A stretch of 64,000 nucleotides of DNA from Bacteroidales bacterium (GTDB lineage: Bacteria; Bacteroidota; Bacteroidia; Bacteroidales; ML635J-15). The stretch spans positions 12,532 to 76,531 of the forward strand of contig JAFZLK010000022.1 of the NCBI GenBank assembly GCA_017551515.1. Direction: 5' to 3'. The notes beneath the pieces are model-generated. The model was not told the origin of the DNA and did not search any database. It saw only the letters and a list, made by a program, of their open reading frames with translations. The position numbers and the translations under genes are program-made. Below, in pieces: positions 59,861 through 64,000 of the stretch; within the stretch, counting starts at the first letter, position 1; the number at the start of each line of letters is the position of its first letter.

Positions 59861-59974
59861 GGAATGTCCTAACGGACAGAAATGGAACAAATCGACACAA
59901 ACCTTTAGCTCGCGATATGAAATGAGCAATCATACAAACATGTAAAATGTGAAATATTGGTTTGTGGGTATATA

Positions 59975-60009
59975 ATTGTAGGGGCAAGTTTGAAACCTGC
60001 CCCTACAAT
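59975..60009. repeat. GTAG-type REP-like palindrome
   Basis: ATTGTAGGGGCAAGTTT-G-AAACCTGCCCCTACAAT (one mismatch); related to 58114-58143. Confidence 0.75.
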
Positions 60010-60028
60010 ATTTCACAAACATTTCGGT

Positions 60029-63000
60029 TTATTCCTTGATGAATTTGCGTTGGCAAATAGATACCGTGTCCGTTCCGTGTATCCTTACGACATACACACC
60101 TGCCGTCAAACCTTCCACATTGCAAATCGCATTGTCTCCATTTACCTCTGTGCGATAAACAATTTGTCCCAGCACATTCGCAATCTCGATTTCGGAAATG
60201 GTTTCCGAAGAGGTGATATTGAGGATGCCAGTTGCAGGGTTCGGGAAGATGGAAATTTCAAGGTTTGCGTTTTCCTCGATGCCAGTTGCAGGGATGAATG
60301 TTGCAATGTAGGTTGCTTCGCCAGTTACTGTGATTGTACGAGGATTGTCGGTGTTGCCGTCACTCCACTGTGCGAACTCGTAGCCGTTGAATGCGGTTGC
60401 CGAAATCCGAATTTCAGTGCCATAGTCGTAGGTTCCGCCGCCAGTGACGGTTCCCATTGAAGCATTAGCCGATTCAACTGTAATCGTGTACTGGTCGGGG
60501 GCAAATTGGGCAGTGTAGGTTGCATCACTTGTTACCGTTATTGTGCGCGGATTGCTTGTGTTGCCGTCGTTCCACGAAACAAACTGGTAGCCTGTGTATG
60601 CCGTGGCGGATATTGTACCCGACGGATTGTTGCAATCGGGTGCTTGGACTACTGTAGCATATCCCATTGCAGGGTTGCTGCTCTCCGCAGTAAGCGAAAG
60701 TACAAAGTTTCCCTGAATGTTGCTGAAACTATTCCAGTATTGGGCTGCATGATAGTATGGTTCAGAGCCGCATGGAACCTTTATTAAAGCAGTTGTTGAA
60801 ACATTTGAGAATGTGTTCGAATAAACAATTGGTGGAAATTCTGGCTTTATGGTAGCCATTAGCAAACCAATACAATCGGCAAATGCTCTGTCGCCTATGG
60901 TTGCAACATTGCTGCCGAGAGTCATAGTCCTTACTGCCGAACAGTTCCCGAATGCCGATTCACCAATGCTTGTAACAGAATTGGGGATTGTAAATTCTGT
61001 CATTCCACTGCATCCGAAAAACGCAGAATTGTCAATGCTTGTGACCGAATTGGGAATTGTCAATTCTCCTGTCAGCCCACTGCAATTATAAAATGCATAA
61101 CTGCCAATTCTCGTAACAGAACTGGGGATGATTGTATTTTTGCAACCTACAATTAATGTATTTGTTCCAGTTTCAATTATTGCATTGCAATTGTCTCGCG
61201 AATCATAATTGGTATTTCCAGACTCAATAACTATAGTTTCAAGTTCGTTGCAATTATAAAATGCACAATCGCCGATGCTTGTACAGTCATCACCTATTGT
61301 TACAGATGTAAGCATAGAGCAATTGTAGAAAGCACCATACAGCAAACGCTCTGCTGTAATCGTAACCGACCTAAGACTGTTTGGTATATAATAAGTGGTA
61401 TAATTTGATGGTGAATAATATTGACTGACAGCTGTTCCTCCTGTATAGTTTTCAGTTCCGAATAAATATCCGAAAAGCGTAGATGCGGATGCAGATGTGA
61501 ACGTAGCTCTACTGCCAACAAAAGGTATGTTCATATCAACAAGTCCGCTGCAACCTTTAAATGTTAATTCACCAATGCTCGTAACAGAATTGGGAATTGT
61601 AACCGATGTCAGTCCGTTGCAATAGGCAAATGCACTATTGCCAATGGTCGTGACAGAATTGGGAATTGTAACCGATGTCAGTCCGCTGCAACTAAAAAAT
61701 GCACGTTCGCTAATACTTGTAATTCCGCTGCCTATTGTTAAAGATGTCAGTCCGCTGCAACCAGAAAATGCATATTTGCCAATGCTTGTAACAGAATTGG
61801 GGATATTCAAGTTTCCATAACCACGTATTCCACGGAAAGCATAATCTGGAATTCTTCTAACATTACTACCTATATTTATTGTAGCATACGCATTGCAAGT
61901 GTAGAACGGACTACTAGAATCACTTCCTCCTCCCATTGTCGTACAGTAAGTTGCATTGAAGTTGATTGTAGTCAATCCGCTGCAACCATTAAATGCATTA
62001 GCTGGAATTTTTGTAACATTTTCGCCAATGTTTAAGGTTGCTAATGCACTTCCAAATGAAGCATAAATAGTTGTGCAGTTTGTTGCATTGTAGCTGATTG
62101 TAGTCAATCCGCTCCATCCATCAAATGCATTAGCTGGAATTTTTGTAACATTTTCTCCAATATTTAAGGTTGCCGATGCTGTGCAACCATAAAACGCAGG
62201 ATAATTGGAAGAACCTATAGTCGTGCAGTTTGCTGCATTGAAATTGACAGTTGTCAGTCCGCTGCAATTATAAAATGCATAATTGCCAATGCTCGTAACC
62301 GAATTGGGGATTGTTACCGATGTCAGTCCGCTGCAACCAGAAAATGCAGATTGACCAATGCTTGTTACAGAATTAGGAATTGTGACCGATGTCAGTCCGC
62401 TGCAATTATAAAATGTATAATTGCCAACAGTCGTAACTGAATTAGGGATTGTAACCGATGTCAGTCCGCTGCAACCAGAAAAAGCATACGTATTAATGTA
62501 TCTGACCGAATTTGGAATTGTTAAAGTTCCAGTCAGTCCGCTGCAACCAGAAAATGCATAATCACCAATGCTCGTGACAGAATTGGGAATTGTAAGCGAT
62601 GTCAGTCCGCTGCAACCAGAAAATGCATAATCACCAATGCTCATGACAGAATTGGGAATTGTAACCGATGTCAGTCCGCTGCAACCAGAAAATGCACGTT
62701 CGTTAATACCTGTAATTCCGCTGCCTATTGTTAAAGATGTCAGTCCGCTGCAACCATAAAATGCATACGTGCCAATGTGTCTGACCGAATTGGGGATTGT
62801 CAAGTTTCCCGAACCACGTATTCCACAAAAGGCATAATCTGGAATTCTTGTAACATTACTACCTATGTTTATTACAGCATTTGCATTGCAATTTAAAAAA
62901 ACATAGGAAGAACTTCCCATTGTTGTACAATTTGTTGCATTATAGTTAACTGTCGTAAAACCACTGCAATCCTCAAATGCTTTATCGGAAATTTCCGTAA

Positions 63001-63523
63001 CACCTTCACCGATAGTAACCGATGTCAGCCCGCTGCAACCAGAAAATGCACCTTGACCAATGCTTGTAACCGAATTAGGAATTGTTAATAATCCTGTCAG
63101 TCCGCTGCAACCATAAAATGTACCATCAGCAATGCTCCTAACAGAATTTGGAATTGTAATCGATGTCAGTCCGCTGCAACCAGAAAATGCACTATAGCCT
63201 ATGCTTGTGACCGAATTGGGGATTGTAACCGATGTCAGTCCGCTGCAACCACCAAATGCACCTTGACAAATGCTTGTAACTGAATATGTTATGCCACTGT
63301 TTGTAACGGATGAAGGTATTGTAAGGTTACCGATAGGACAAGGGTGCGGATCATCGACATAAACCTCAGCTGCTACCCCTACTGTATGTGATGTTGAAGA
63401 TGTTATGTAGTAGTAGAGTGTCTGTCCGCTACTGCATACTGCGGAAAAGTCGTAGGCAAAGGCGGTGCCTGCCATTGTAAGCAACAAGACAGTTGCTGCG
63501 ATAAATTTTAATATGTTTTTCAT
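60029..63523 (-). CDS. BspA-type LRR surface protein with two InlB-B-like repeats and a T9SS C-terminal sorting domain
   Basis: Signal peptide; many 23-aa TSVTIPNSVTSIG..AF.GCSGL repeats; GY.F..W.DGNT.NPRTITV x2; IFPNPA...GVY.V.I......KFIKE. Confidence 0.93.
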   Translation of the reverse strand: MKNILKFIAATVLLLTMAGTAFAYDFSAVCSSGQTLYYYITSSTSHTVGVAAEVYVDDPHPCPIGNLTIPSSVTNSGITYSVTSICQGAFGGCSGLTSVTIPNSVTSIGYSAFSGCSGLTSITIPNSVRSIADGTFYGCSGLTGLLTIPNSVTSIGQGAFSGCSGLTSVTIGEGVTEISDKAFEDCSGFTTVNYNATNCTTMGSSSYVFLNCNANAVINIGSNVTRIPDYAFCGIRGSGNLTIPNSVRHIGTYAFYGCSGLTSLTIGSGITGINERAFSGCSGLTSVTIPNSVMSIGDYAFSGCSGLTSLTIPNSVTSIGDYAFSGCSGLTGTLTIPNSVRYINTYAFSGCSGLTSVTIPNSVTTVGNYTFYNCSGLTSVTIPNSVTSIGQSAFSGCSGLTSVTIPNSVTSIGNYAFYNCSGLTTVNFNAANCTTIGSSNYPAFYGCTASATLNIGENVTKIPANAFDGWSGLTTISYNATNCTTIYASFGSALATLNIGENVTKIPANAFNGCSGLTTINFNATYCTTMGGGSDSSSPFYTCNAYATINIGSNVRRIPDYAFRGIRGYGNLNIPNSVTSIGKYAFSGCSGLTSLTIGSGITSISERAFFSCSGLTSVTIPNSVTTIGNSAFAYCNGLTSVTIPNSVTSIGELTFKGCSGLVDMNIPFVGSRATFTSASASTLFGYLFGTENYTGGTAVSQYYSPSNYTTYYIPNSLRSVTITAERLLYGAFYNCSMLTSVTIGDDCTSIGDCAFYNCNELETIVIESGNTNYDSRDNCNAIIETGTNTLIVGCKNTIIPSSVTRIGSYAFYNCSGLTGELTIPNSVTSIDNSAFFGCSGMTEFTIPNSVTSIGESAFGNCSAVRTMTLGSNVATIGDRAFADCIGLLMATIKPEFPPIVYSNTFSNVSTTALIKVPCGSEPYYHAAQYWNSFSNIQGNFVLSLTAESSNPAMGYATVVQAPDCNNPSGTISATAYTGYQFVSWNDGNTSNPRTITVTSDATYTAQFAPDQYTITVESANASMGTVTGGGTYDYGTEIRISATAFNGYEFAQWSDGNTDNPRTITVTGEATYIATFIPATGIEENANLEISIFPNPATGILNITSSETISEIEIANVLGQIVYRTEVNGDNAICNVEGLTAGVYVVRIHGTDTVSICQRKFIKE

Positions 63524-63583
63524 TGTTACAAAATTTTTAAATTACGCCTACTCTTCAAAGGATTTTCGGCAATCTCCTGTTGG

Positions 63584-64000
63584 CTATTTCTTGTTTTTAG
63601 CAATTATTTCCCTTAATTTTTCTACTGTTATTGTCCCCTTGCGGTGCAGCATGGCGTGGCAGTTGGGGCATACAGGCACAAGGTCTTTGGCGGAGTCTAT
63701 CTCGTACACGCCACCGCGTTCCGAAACCGGCACAACATGATGCACATGTATAAACCCTTTGCCAAGTTCGCCATACACCTTTTCGAAATCCATATCGCAC
63801 ACTGCGCATTTGCATCCTTTTTTGTCGATACATTCCTGCCTTGCATTTATGTTGCGTTCGTATTTAACAAGAGTGCATCTTGAAACCTTGCCCTCTGTCA
63901 GCAGCCGAGAATCATTGCATTCCAAGCATTCGTCAATGATGGCGTTTGCAACATTAAGGATGTATTCGAGCGCCTTGCCGCCAATCCTATGCTGTCCCTG
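63584..64000 (-). CDS. HNH endonuclease (McrA-like C-terminal domain); 5' end lies beyond the window
   Basis: EG......YERN..AR..CI, CAVC..DF...YG..G..FIHVHH, DLVPVCPNCHAM.H; frame stays open to 64000. Confidence 0.85.
   Translation of the reverse strand, partial: QGQHRIGGKALEYILNVANAIIDECLECNDSRLLTEGKVSRCTLVKYERNINARQECIDKKGCKCAVCDMDFEKVYGELGKGFIHVHHVVPVSERGGVYEIDSAKDLVPVCPNCHAMLHRKGTITVEKLREIIAKNKK

Noticed and set aside
59683-59925. Small + strand ORFs across the 147-bp repeats (also 57853-58095)
   Set aside because: The reading frame is not conserved between the two copies, so the repeat is treated as non-coding

Overview
A 64-kb chromosomal segment of a Bacteroidales bacterium, judged from TAnnTTTG -7 promoter boxes, the nusB-DUF1573-yajC-YbbR-coaE block, a PorE-like OmpA protein, a T9SS-sorted BspA protein and a long-insert Rho. 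Housekeeping genes (nfnAB fusion, lptB, ppdK, nusB, yajC, coaE, rho, pheT, glyA, dxr, gap, trmD) alternate with a surface-glycan locus (14.2-23.8 kb) and three accessory patches (31.9-37.7 kb, 40.2-45.2 kb, 56.9-64 kb). I found no rRNA, tRNA, CRISPR array, integrase or intact transposase. Main observations: (1) Accessory genes appear stacked as cassettes whose stop codon abuts a duplicated copy of the sequence upstream of them. The clearest case is three copies of the 3' end of a DUF2461 gene that differ only at synonymous sites. (2) A radical SAM/SPASM enzyme is translationally coupled to a lipoprotein made of two 58-aa repeats, each carrying a VYG(S/P)PE motif, which is a candidate splicease substrate. 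(3) There are two paralogous DUF3791-DUF3990-DUF3791-like triads with an ADP-ribosyltransferase-like middle gene. (4) There is a DUF2075 nuclease-helicase plus Nudix pair. (5) An oriented family of intergenic AGAAAC repeats carries GNA-triloop mini-hairpins. All family names come from motif recognition by eye, not from database searches.
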